DNA from: Pristiophorus japonicus
Taxonomy: Eukaryota
Assembly (NCBI RefSeq): GCF_044704955.1
Contig: NW_027250686.1
Location: forward strand, 62,001 to 124,579
Direction of reading: 5' to 3'
Length of the DNA stretch: 62,579 bases
Part shown: positions 36,517-47,630 of the stretch, one piece after another
How the letters are laid out: every line of letters starts with the position of its first letter
How positions within the stretch are numbered: position 1 is the stretch's first letter
Notes under the pieces: generated by a model
The model's input: the letters and a program-made list of their open reading frames with translations, nothing else
Told to the model about the DNA's origin: nothing
The model's database searches: none
Position numbers and translations under genes: made by a program

Positions 36517-37232
36517 GACCCAGAAATCCCCGTTTCTTCTTCCCGCGGACGTTCAACTAAAAATAGGAAAAAATGTGCGCACTTACCTTTCGGTCAAACG
36601 CCCGCCAGAGATCCCGGACTCGAGGCCTCCTATTCTCGCGCAACGGAGCGCGTTCACGTTGCGACGTCCGCAGGAGTCACGTGGGCCTGGACACCCAATC
36701 ACGGGTAAATATTTTCTCATTCCCAGTAATAGGAGTTTCGTAAATCCGAAACTCCTCTTACTATGAATGAGAAACACCCCCCAAACACTACATAAAACAT
36801 TTTTTTAAAAACTCACATAAATACGTTATAGAAATTAAAGTTGCTAGAAATGTTTTTTTAAAGAAAAAAATTGCAGATTTTTAAAAATAGTTTTAATTAC
36901 GGTTAAAAATAAATGTAACATAGTGGGCAGGGTTTTTAAAAATAATGTTTTTTTTTTTAAATTGAATTTAATTGTATTTTTGTATGTTTTAAAACTCTTA
37001 CGCCTGTAACAGTGGGCTATGCGCCTGCTTTTATCAGGCGCAAGAGTTTTGAGGACATTTGCTGGGCAAGATATGGGTAAATCCCGCAATCTTGCCCAAG
37101 CAAATGTCCTCGCTCCCGAGATACGGAGGATCTGTCGAGCCAGAAACTGTGCGCTGAAAACCGGCTTTTGCGATGCCTTCCTAGATCCGTACCCACTCCG
37201 TACAGACCCGGGGAGGCCGTGATTTCTGGGCC
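36517..37232 (-). mobile_element. MITE copy 2 (family of 2489-3186), in intron 2 of the Myb/SANT gene
   Basis: Reverse-complement similarity over its full length; TIRs GACCCAGAAATC / GATTTCTGGGCC; ATTAT on both flanks. Confidence 0.9.
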
Positions 37233-37271
37233 ATTATCATTCATATATTATGATCAAATGGCATTAAATTA

Positions 37272-37670
37272 CAGGCAACTCTCGATTATCCGTACACGGA
37301 TCTAACGGAGAACCCGGCGTTTTTAAAAACTGTCGCACACGTGAATATCTCGATCACCTCAAGTGTCAATCACACACAAATCGACTCAGGCGTGCACTCC
37401 TTTTACACTTCGCAACTGACACAGGCTTTAAATAACTCGTACAGGTGAAAATCTCCATCACTTCAACTAGCAAGCACACATAAATTGAAGCAGGTGAATC
37501 CATTGTCATGTATTTTATTACGTTCACGCTATGATAACGTGAACTAAGTCTTTGTGGTTGGTTCTATCACCGTCAAATTTCAGCTCTGAGACGTGCACTC
37601 GCCCGAGCGGCAAAATCGTTTACCTGGAATAACCCGATCCCCGAGGAAACCCGGATAATCGAGTTGCCTG
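37272..37670. mobile_element. Tc1/pogo(Tigger)-type MITE, 399 bp
   Basis: TIR CAGGCAACTC(TC)GATTATCCG...CGGATAATCGAGTTGCCTG flanked by TA on both sides. Confidence 0.85.
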
Positions 37671-37705
37671 TACTTTAAATTACCACTGGTTTACACATTA
37701 CTCAC

Positions 37706-37859
37706 GTGGGGCAGCAATGGGATCTGCCGCACGATAGGTGGAACGATTATAGATGCCCACTAAGGCTGCGGCACGCGCCTTCAAGTCAGTTAGAGGGTGC
37801 AGGTCAGCAAGCCCTCCTCCAGTCTGCCTCCACTCCACCTGATTCTTGGATATCTTTCT
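37706..37859 (-). CDS. Harbinger Myb/SANT-like protein, exon 2
   Basis: Acceptor TTTGCAG, donor GTGAGT; RKISKNQVEWRQTGGG..LTDLKARAAALVG, the TGGG motif typical after the Myb/SANT domain. Confidence 0.8.
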
Positions 37860-37969
37860 CTGCAAACATGAGAAGAGCATGGCATAAGCTAACTGACTAG
37901 AACAGAACAGATATTGTAATCCACAATTAGTCACCCCGCATGCTATTCATCGTTAACGTTATATGAGAA

Positions 37970-38446
37970 CACCAGCAGCAGGTCGGGGCCACAAAAGGTG
38001 CGGCAAGCGGTCCCGGGAGCAGCGTGGAGACCCCAACCTGCGTGAGAACACCAGAGGCAGGTCAGGGCCATAAAAGGTACGGCAACCCGGGAGCAGCGTG
38101 GAGGACCCTTCAGGGAGCAGCGCGAGCTGGTGCAGGAGGGTGATGGCAACAAAGAGGGGCGTCATCAAGGCCAAGGTCAGTGATTGGAGCGTGGGCAGGT
38201 ACAGCAGGAGCGGTGAGAAACTGTGGAGGGATGCGATCGGAGTCCAGGGGAGGTGTGAGTTCGGGATATGTGGGCGCACTGGGTCCGTGCAGCAGAGCAG
38301 GTCTCCAGTTGTCTTGGGTAATCCTTGCCACTGGACCAAGACCTCGCTCTGTCAAGCCCGTGTGGTGGCTGGTGAGCAACGGCCACCCCACGTTAAAAAA
38401 ATCCACGCACAGACATCTTCCACCCTTCAGGATGTAGTTCGGGTCC
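37970..38446 (+). mobile_element. RTE-derived non-autonomous element, 5' part; its 3' tail lies at 41805-41875 beyond the CR1
   Basis: Matches reverse complements of 27797-28150 and 44498-44960; tail GAGGGACCGCCT(ATG)n. Confidence 0.8.
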
Positions 38447-41400
38447 TAAAAAACGGGATGAGGTCCTACGAGACGAATTTAAGGAGCTAGGAGCTAAATT
38501 AAAAAGTAGGACCTCAAAAGCAGTAATCTCAGGATTGCTACCAGTTGCCACGTGCTAGTCAGAGTAGGAATCGCAGGATAGCGCAGATGAATACGTGGCT
38601 TGAGCAGTGGTGCAGCAGGGAGGGATTCAAATTACTGGGGCATTGGAACCGGTTCTGGGGGAGGTGGGACCAGTACAATCCAGACGGTCTGCACCTGGGC
38701 AGGACCGGAACCAATGTCCTAGGGGGAGTGTTTGCTAGTGCTGTTGGGGAGGAGTTAAACTAATATGGCAGGGGGATGGGAACCAATGCAGGGAGACAGA
38801 GGGAAACAAAATGGAGACAGAAGCAAAAGACAGAAAGGAGATGTGTAAAAGTGGAGGGCAGAGAAACCCAAGGCAAAAAACAAAAAGGGCCACTTTGCAG
38901 CAAAATTCTAAAGGGTCAAAGTGTGTTAAAAAGACAAGCCTGAAGGCTCTGTGCCTCAATGTGAGAAGTATTCGGAATAAGATGGACGAATTAACTGTGC
39001 AGATCACAGTTAACGGATACGATGTGGTTGGCATCACAGAGACATAGTTCCAGGGTGACCAAGGCTGGGAACTCAACATCCAAGGGTATACAACATTCAG
39101 GAAGGATAGACAGAAAGGAAAAGGAGGTGGGGTGGCGTTGCTGGTTAAAGAGGAAATTAATGCAATTGTAAGGAAAGACATTAGCTTGGATGATGTGGAA
39201 TCGGTATGGGTGGAGCTACGGAATACCAAAGGGCAGGAAGCGCTAGTGGGAGTTGTGTACAGACCTCCAAACAGTAGTAGTGATGTTGGGGAGAGCATCA
39301 AACAGGAAATTAGGGGTGCATGCAATAAAGGTGCAGCAGTTATCATGGGTGACTTTAATATGCATATAGATTGGGCGAACCAAACTGGAAGCAATACGGT
39401 GGAGGAGGATTTCCTGGAGTGCATAAGGGATGGTTTTCTAGACCAATATGTCGAGGAACCAACAAGGGGGGAGGCCATCTTAGACTGGGTGTTGTGTAAT
39501 GAGAGAGGATTAATTAGCAATCTTGTTGTGCGAGGTCCCTTGGGGAAGAGTGACCATAATATGGTGGAATTCTACATTAGGATGGAGAATGAAACAGTTA
39601 ATTCAGAGACCATGGTCCAGAACTTAAAGAAGGATAACTTTGAAGGTATGAGGCGTAAATTGGCTAGGATAGATTGGCGAATGATGCTTAAGGGGTTTGA
39701 CAGTGGATGGGTAATGGCAGACATTTAGAGACCGCATGGATGAACTACAACAATTGTACATCCCTGTCTGGCGTAAAAATAAAAAAGGGAAGGTGGCTCA
39801 ACCGTGGCTATCAAGGGAAATCAGGGATAGTATTAAAGCCAAGGAAGTGGCATACAAATTGGTCAGAATTAGCAGCAAACCCGGGGACTAGGAGAAATTT
39901 AGAACACAGCAGAGGAGGACAAAGGGTTTGATTAGGGCAGGGAAAAGAGAGTACGAGAGGAAGCTTGCAGGGAACATTAAAATGGACTGCAAAAGCTTCT
40001 ACAGATATGTAAAGAGAAAAATGTTAGTAAAGACAGAATCATGGGAAGTCATAACTGGGAACAACGAAATGGCAGACCAATTGAACAAGTGCTTTGGTTC
40101 GGTATTCACTAAGGAGGACACAAACAACCATCTGGATATAAAAGGGGTCAGAGGGTCTAGTAAGAAGAAGGAACTGAGGGAAATCCTTATTAGTCAGGAA
40201 ATTGTGTTGGGGAAATTGATGGGATTGAAGGCCGATAAATCCCCAGGGCCTGATGGTCTGCATCCCAGAGTACTTAAGGAGGTGGCCTTGGAAATAGCGG
40301 ATGCATTGACAGTCATTTTCAACATTCCATAGACTCTGGATCAGTTCCTATGGAGTGGAGGGTAGCCAATGTAACCCCACTTTTTAAAAAAGGAGGGAGA
40401 GAGAAAACAGGGAATTATAGACCGGTCAGCCTGACCTCAGTAGTGGGTAAAATGATGGAATCAATTATTAAGGATGTTATAACAGCGCATTTGGAAAGAG
40501 GTGACATGATAGGTCCAAGTCAACATGGATTTGTGAAAGGGAAATCATGCTTGACAAATCTTATGGAATTTTTTGAGGATATTTCCAGTAGAGTGGACAA
40601 GGGGGAACCAGTTGATGTGGTGTATTTGGACTTTCAGAAGGCAAGGTCCCACACAAGAGATTAATGTGCAAAGTTAAAGCACATGGGATTGGGGGTAGTG
40701 TGCTGACGTGGATTGAGAACTGCTTGGCAGACAGGAAGCAAAGAGTAGGAGTAAATGGGTACTTTTCAGAATGGCAGGCAGTGACTACCGCAAGTTCTGT
40801 GCTGGGGCCCCAGCTGTTTACATTGTACTTTAATGATTTAGACGAGGGGATTAAATGTAGTATCTCCAAATTTGCAGATGACACTAAGTTGGGTGGCAGT
40901 GTGAGCTGCGAGGAGGATGCTATGAGGCTGCAGAGTGACTTGGATAGGTTAGGTGAGTGGGCAAATGCATGGCAGATGAAGTATAATGTGGATAAATGTG
41001 AGGTTATCCACTTTGGTGGTAAAAACAGAGAGACAGACTATTATCTGAATGGTGACAGATTAGGAAAAGGGGAGGTGCAACGAGACCTGGGTGTCATGGT
41101 ACATCAGTCATTGAAGGTTGGCATGCAGGTACAGCAGGCGGTTAAGAAAGCAAATGGCATGTTGGCCTTCATAGCGAGGAGATTTGAGTACAAGGGCAGG
41201 GAGGTGTTACTACAGTTGTACAGGGCCTTGGTGAGGCCACACCTGGAGTATTGTGTACAGTTTTGGTCTCCTAACTTGAGGAAGGACATTCTTGCTATTG
41301 AGGGAATGCAGCGAAGATTCACCAGACTGATTCCCGGGTTGGCAGGACTGACATATCAAGAAAGACTGGATCAACTGGGCTTGTATTCACTGGAGTTCAG

Positions 41401-41804
41401 AAGAATGAGAGAGGATCTCATAGAAACGTTTAAAATTCTGACGACGTTAGACAGGTTAGATGGAGGAAGAATGTTCCCAATGTTGGGAAAGCCCAGAACC
41501 AGGGGTCACAGTCTAGGATAAGGGGTAAGCCATTTAGGACCGTGATGAGGAGAAACTTCTTCACCCAGAGAGTGGTGAACCTGTGGAATTCTCTACCACA
41601 GAAAGTTGTTGAGGCCAATTCACTAAATATATTCAAAAAGGAGTTAGATGAAGTCCTTACTACTCGGGGGATCAAGGGGTATGTCGAGAAAGCAGGAATG
41701 GGGTACTGAAGTTGCATGTTCAGCCATGAACTCATTGAATGGTGGTGCAGACTCGAAGGGCCGAATGGCCGACTCCTGCACCTATTTTCTATGTTTCTAT
41801 GTTT
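38447..41804 (+). mobile_element. CR1 with ORF1 C-terminus (SGNH esterase-like) and disrupted full-length ORF2
   Basis: ORF1 end ..NTWLEQWC..DGLHL..EELN* (38763); EN and RT motifs with stops and frameshifts; (TTCTATGT)n tail. Confidence 0.95.
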
Positions 41805-42708
41805 CATTGAACTCATCCTTTTTTGGCGTGGAAGCAAGTCATCCTCGTTTCGAGGGACCGCCTATGATGATGATTATATGCTAAACAGTTTGGATGCATG
41901 GTTATAACATCTACGTTCAGAGAAAATATGTAATAAGATCGTGTTTAGGAACTAATGCTCGCCATCAACCCTCTCGCGTACGACCTCCAGGAAAGGCCCC
42001 AACCACGGGCCGTGCCATTCGGTGCCTGAGGGGAGGTAGGCGGTTTATTGGAATCGATGGAGGTCCCGGGGGGAGAATCAGGACCGCTGTTGAGCTGGTG
42101 AGCACGGCAATGACCGGACCATGAGGGGAGGGGGCACCGTATCCCTGGGCTGTGCTCGGAGACCTCCGTGTGGCTGAAGCTAATGTCCCAAAGTGTCCCA
42201 GGGCAGACAGTGAGCCAGGGCAGCTCTCCCCCCAGTCCAGGCTGGGTCACTGTCTGACTGACAGCAGCCGGAGACACTCACACAGTCTGGGTAAAGGTGA
42301 GTGGACCCCTCAGTGCTCAGTCGTGTCCCCATCCACCAACCTAACCGCAAAAGGTGACGGTGCCCAAGTTAAAGAGTTGCTCGCAGCACACACACAGCGA
42401 TACAATTTAATAATTCTCCTTCGAAACTAAAGTGGTAGAAATGCCGAGTGTTTGCGGTCTGTCTGTTTCCAGTCATTCCTTTGGCCACAATTTTCAATCA
42501 AAGCCTTTAAATCATAATTAATACTGTCGATTAAATGTAAGGCATCTCAGCAAAATTAGAGTTAAGGGGCACAGGTTCCGGCCCCAGTCCAAATCTTAAC
42601 AGGAAGCTACCCACGATTACCCAGCTTAATTACAATCCAGCAGATTTACATTCTAATTGATGAGTTAGTGCATCATTACAATTTTAAATTTAATAATTGA
42701 ATATGTAC

Positions 42709-42972
42709 TCTTGCCGACGCGACAAGACTGTTCCAGCGCTTGCGGCACTGGTCAGCCTCACTTCTATCGTGGGCCACAGATGAACCAAGGGCAGTGATAT
42801 CTGCCCATATTTTTTGATAAAACCGGGGTGGAGGGTTCCCATGCCCACCCCGGGTTAACTGGCTCCACCGTGTCTCCACCTCGGTGACTAAGGCCTCATC
42901 TGAAAAGGCTTTTGCCCTCCTTCTCTCGATACCTCCTCCACACTCTCTCCCGACATCATGATCCATATCCAT
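42709..42972 (-). CDS. Harbinger Myb/SANT-like protein, exon 1 (trihelix DNA-binding domain)
   Basis: ATG at 42972; RAKAFSDEALV..V..RW..L...KIWADI......R...QCRKRWNSL; donor AGA|GTACAT, phase 0. Confidence 0.8.
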
Positions 42973-43349
42973 CGTAACTACGCTCAAGCACTTCCAAAAG
43001 TCACTTCAACAAAACCTTGCTTCTCTCTCTCTCTCTCGCACCTTTTGCCTTCTGTGCATGCGCAGATGACCCCCTGACCTCCCGAATAGCAGGAAAAGAT
43101 CTTTGCCTGGGAAAAGAAAACTCGCATGCGCAGAACGGGCCGTTGCTATGGACGCCAGCCTTGCACAACTGAATATATTGCTAAGACCCATTTCACATCG
43201 CTAAGGCTATCCCCCAAATGTAAAAGGCGAAACTAGCGGTTTTAAAAATGGGCGATGTCCCAGCGATCCTGAGAAATAAAAAAAGCATTAAGGCCGGAAA
43301 TATCGTCCATTTTTGGGCGATGGTGATCATGGTGGAAAGTCTAGACCTA

Positions 43350-43625
43350 AAGCTTTCCCCCTCACTGTCAACCACACGGCCAATTGTCGTACCATCTGCA
43401 AATTTCTTTATCATGCCCCCAACATTTAAGTCCAAATCGTTAATATATGCCACAAAAAATAAGGGACCGAGTACTGAACCCTGCAGAAGCCCACGGGAAA
43501 CAGCCTTGCAGTCACAAAAATACCCTTCAACCATTACCCTTTGCTTCCTGCCACTGAGCCAATTTTGGATCAAATTTGCCACTCTCCCTTGGATCCCAGG
43601 GGCTTTTACTTTCTTGATCAGCCTG
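43350..43625 (-). mobile_element. CR1 RT fragment (older family)
   Basis: WLSGRKQRV, QGSVLGP, KFADG. Confidence 0.8.
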
Positions 43626-43852
43626 CTTTTTGTTTTTAATTCAGTGACGCAAATTGTGTCTGTGTTGCATTTCTGGCATTGGCGGGGGGGGGGGGGGGCG
43701 GTGTGGGCAGTGGTGCTGGTTCAAGAAGACGTTTATTGATGAAAGTGACTGAAGTTGGAACTATGGATACCCATTTTTGTTCAATTTTTTTTAATACTGT
43801 GAACTAAAGAACTACAGCACTTTATATTTGTTGGTTGTCTGGTTGCATTGTG

Positions 43853-44306
43853 ATAAGAACATAAGAAATAAGAGCAGGAGTCGGCCATTCGGCCCCTCGA
43901 GCCTGCTCCGCCATTCAATAAGATCATGGCTGATCTGATCATGGACTCAGCTCCACTTCCCCACCTGCTCCCCATAACCCTTCACTCCCTTATCGCTCAA
44001 AAATCTGTCTATCTCCACCTTGAATATATTCAATGACCCAGCCTCCACAGCTCTCTGGGGCAGAGAATCCCACTGATTTACAACCTTCTGAGAAGAAATT
44101 CCTCCTCATCTCAGTTTTAAATGGGCGGCCCCTTATTCTGAGACTATGTCCCCTTAGTTTTAGTTTTCCCCATGAGGGGAAACATCCTTTCTGCATCCAC
44201 CTTGTCAAGCCCCCTCATTATCTTGTAAGTTTCAATAAGATCACCTCTCATTCTTCTGAACTCCAATGAGTAGAGGCCCAACCTACTCAACCTATCCTCA
44301 TAAGTC
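43853..44306 (-). mobile_element. CR1 3' end
   Basis: Tail ATAAGAACATAAG; LGLYSLEFRRMRGDLIETY. Confidence 0.9.
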
Positions 44307-44497
44307 AAAAATATTCTATTTATTTGTGTGGACGTACAGCATGTTAGCGCGATAGAAAAGCCGCTGCTCCTGCAGCCATTGTTATAGTGACATGAGAAAT
44401 TGCCTAACGATGAAAACTTTAAAATGACTACAAATTGCATGAAAAGATAATGCCTCTTTCAGCTCGCCTTGAGTTTTTGAATTGTTTGTCGATGCGT

Positions 44498-44960
44498 ATC
44501 ATCTTAGGCGGTCTCTTGAACGAGGATGACTTGCTTCCACTCCAAAAGGGATGACTTCACTGACGTTTCAATGGAGGGCCCGATATTCCAGTCCTGAACT
44601 CCAGGGGTGGAAGATGCCTGTGCGTGGATTTTTTTAACATGGGGTGACCCGTTGCACACCAGCCACCACACGGGCTTGACAGAGCTTGGTCTTGGTCCAG
44701 TGGCAAGGGTTAACCAGGACGGCCGGAGACCAGCTCTGCTGCACGGACCTAGTGCGCACATATCGCACAGTGTGGGCTGGGCCCGTGCTGCCCCCTGGGA
44801 CCTCGGCTCTTCTGGGCCCCACCTCTGCCACGATCTCTCGCCACTCCTCCGCCATAGGCATTCGCCACACTTCCGTGACAAGAGATGAGAGATCGTGGCG
44901 GAGGTGCGGCGAACGTTTGGTGCGGAGGTGCAGTGAGAGATCGTGTCGATGCATAACCGT
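44498..44960 (-). mobile_element. RTE-derived non-autonomous element
   Basis: Same body and tail as 27797-28150. Confidence 0.8.
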
Positions 44961-45013
44961 GTAACTGAGTGACATTTCTGAACCGTTAATGCATTATTAT
45001 GCAGTTCTTTTAT

Positions 45014-45497
45014 ATGCTTTGGAGGCAGTTCAGAGAAGGTTCACCAGGTTGATTCCGGAGATGAGGGGGTTGACCTATGAGGATAGGTTGAGTAGGTTGG
45101 GCTTCTACTCATTGGAATTCAGAAGAATGAGAGGTGATCTTATCGAAACGTATAAGATTATGAGGGGGATTGACAAGGTGGATGCAGAGAGGATGTTTCC
45201 ACTGATGGGGGAGACTAGAACTAGGGGGCATAATCCCCCATCCATTTAAAACTGAGGAATTTCTTCTCTCAGAGGGTTGTAAATCTGTGGAATTCGCTGC
45301 CTCAGAGAGCTGTGGAGGCTGGGTCATTGAACATATTTAATACGGAGATACAGTTTCTTAACCGATAAGGGAATAAAGGGTTATAGGGAGCGGGCGGGGA
45401 AGTGGACCTGAGTCCATGATCAGATCAGCCATGATCGTATTAAATGGCAGAGCAGGCTCGAGGGGCCGTATGGCCTGCTCCTGTTTCTTATGTTCTG
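45014..45497 (+). mobile_element. CR1 3' end
   Basis: [12 protein letters not shown]...; tail TTCTTATGTTC. Confidence 0.9.
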
Positions 45498-45789
45498 TAT
45501 ATATGTTTTTAAGTGGTTGTTGTAAAACTTGCTCACGGACAAAAAAGGTCGCGCTCAAAGGAGTTCGTGGCCCGCTCAATCCCCTCCCCTCCCAAAATTA
45601 GAGGGACTATTGAGTGGCGGTACCCCATTAAACTGTAATCCCAGCGTGAGTCAGCACATTCTGGAGAGGGGGGGAAAAGATGGTGAAAAACCCATTGTTT
45701 TCAGACAGTGAGAATAAAATAATTGAGTTAATGATTTTTTTCTCTCTCTCCTGGTCATTGGGACCAGATTGGGAACAGAGACCCTGAAG

Positions 45790-47046
45790 CTCCTGGCAAT
45801 TTTGTCTTCCAATCCTCTCTGGCTTCTGGTGTGTTGCCAGAGGACTGGAGGAGGGCTAATGCGGTACCTTTGTTTAAGAAGGGAGAAAGGAACAGACCAA
45901 GTAATTACAGGCCAGTCAGCCTAACCTCGGTGGTGGGAAAATTATTGGATTAAAAACCTGAAGGACAAGATAAATCTTCACTTAGAAAGACATGGATTAG
46001 TCAAGGACAGTCAGCACGAATTTGTTAAGTGAAGGTCATGTCTGACTAACTTGATTGAATATTTTGAGGAGTGAACAATGAGGGTCGATGAGGGTAGTGT
46101 GTATGATGTAGTGTATATGGATTTTAGCAAAACTTTTGATAAGGTCCCACATGGCAGACTGGTCACGAAGGTAAAAGCCCGTGGGATCCAGGGCTAAGTG
46201 TAAAGTTGGATCCAAAGTTGGCTCAGAGGCAGGAAGCAAAGGGTAATGGTTGGGTGTTTTTGCGACTGGAAGGCTGTTTCCAGTGCAGGGCTCAGTACTA
46301 GATCCCTTGCTTTTTGTGATTTACAGCAATGATTTAGACTTGAATATAAGGGGTATGATTAAGAAGTTTGCAGATGATACTAAAATCGGCTGCGTGGTTG
46401 ATAATGAAGAAGAAAGCTGCGTACTGCAGGAAGATATCATTCAACTGCTCAGGTGGGCAGAACAGTGGCAAATGGAATTTAATCCAGAGAAGTGTGAGGC
46501 AATGCATTTGGGGAGGGCTAACAAGGCAAGGGAATATACATTAAGTGTTAGAGGCGAAGAGGGTAGAGAGGAGATTTACGAGGATCTTGCCAGGAGTGGG
46601 GAATCTAAACTATGAGGACAGATTGGATAGGCTGGGTTTGTTTTCCTTGGAACAGAGGAGACAGAGGGGAGACCTCATTGAAGTGTATGGAATTGTGAGG
46701 GGCCTGGATAGAGTGGATAGAAAGGGCCTATTTCCCTTAGCAGAGGGTCAACAACCAGGGGGCATAGATTTAAAGTAATTGGTTGGTGGTTTAGAGGGGA
46801 TTGGAGGGGAAATTTCTTCACCAAGAAGGTGGTGGGGGTCTGGAACTCACTGCCTGAAAGGGTGGTAGAGGCAGAAACCCTCACCACATTTAAAAAGTAT
46901 CTGGAGGTGCACTTGAAGTGCCGTAACCTACAGGGCTACAGACCGAGAGCTGGAAAGTGGGATTAGGCTGACTAGCTCTTTGTTGGCCGGCGTGGACACG
47001 ATGGGCCGAAATGGCCTCCTTCCGTGCTGTAAATTTCTTTGATTCC
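45790..47046 (+). mobile_element. Degraded CR1 RT and 3' UTR (older family)
   Basis: NYRPVSLTS, FDKVPH, KFADDTK, RGDLIEVY; 3' UTR as at 22260-22430. Confidence 0.88.
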
Positions 47047-47630
47047 TTCACCAAGATGGCAGGGCACGCATCGTGCCACCACCCTCTCTAGTGCAATCAC
47101 ATCCTTCCTGTAATGCGGTGACCAGAACTGCACGCAGTACTCCAGCTGTGGCCTAACCCATGTTTTATACAGTTCATGCATAACCTCCCCCACCCCTCCC
47201 TGCTCTTGTATTCTATGCCTCGGCTAATAAAGGCAAGCATTCCACATGCCTTCTTAACTATCTTATCTAGCTGGCCTTCCTCTAGCAAGATGGCAGCCTC
47301 CCCATTAGCCAGGATATAGACAGGTTAAGTGAGTGGGCAGAAATTTGGCAGATGGAATATAATGTGGGAAAATGTGAGGTTATCCATTTTGGCAGAAATA
47401 GTAGAAAAGCAAATTATAATTTAAATGGAGAAAAATTGCAAAGTGCTGTAGCACAGAGAGACCTAGGGTCCTTGTGCATGAAACACAAAAAGTTAGTATG
47501 CAGGTACAAGTGATCAGGAAGGCAAATGGAATGTTGGCCTTTATTGCAAGGGGGATAGAGTGTAAAAGCAGAGAAGTCCTGCTACAGTTATACAGGGTAT
47601 TGGTCCGAACAGTTTTGGTCTCCGTATTTC

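Larger units (their letters stand above)
31690..43347. mobile_element. PIF/Harbinger DNA transposon (transposase plus convergent Myb/SANT gene), expanded by nested insertions
   Basis: Canonical two-gene Harbinger layout. Subterminal ATCGCCCA repeats at both ends. Exact TIR/TSD not resolved, so boundaries are approximate. Confidence 0.8.
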
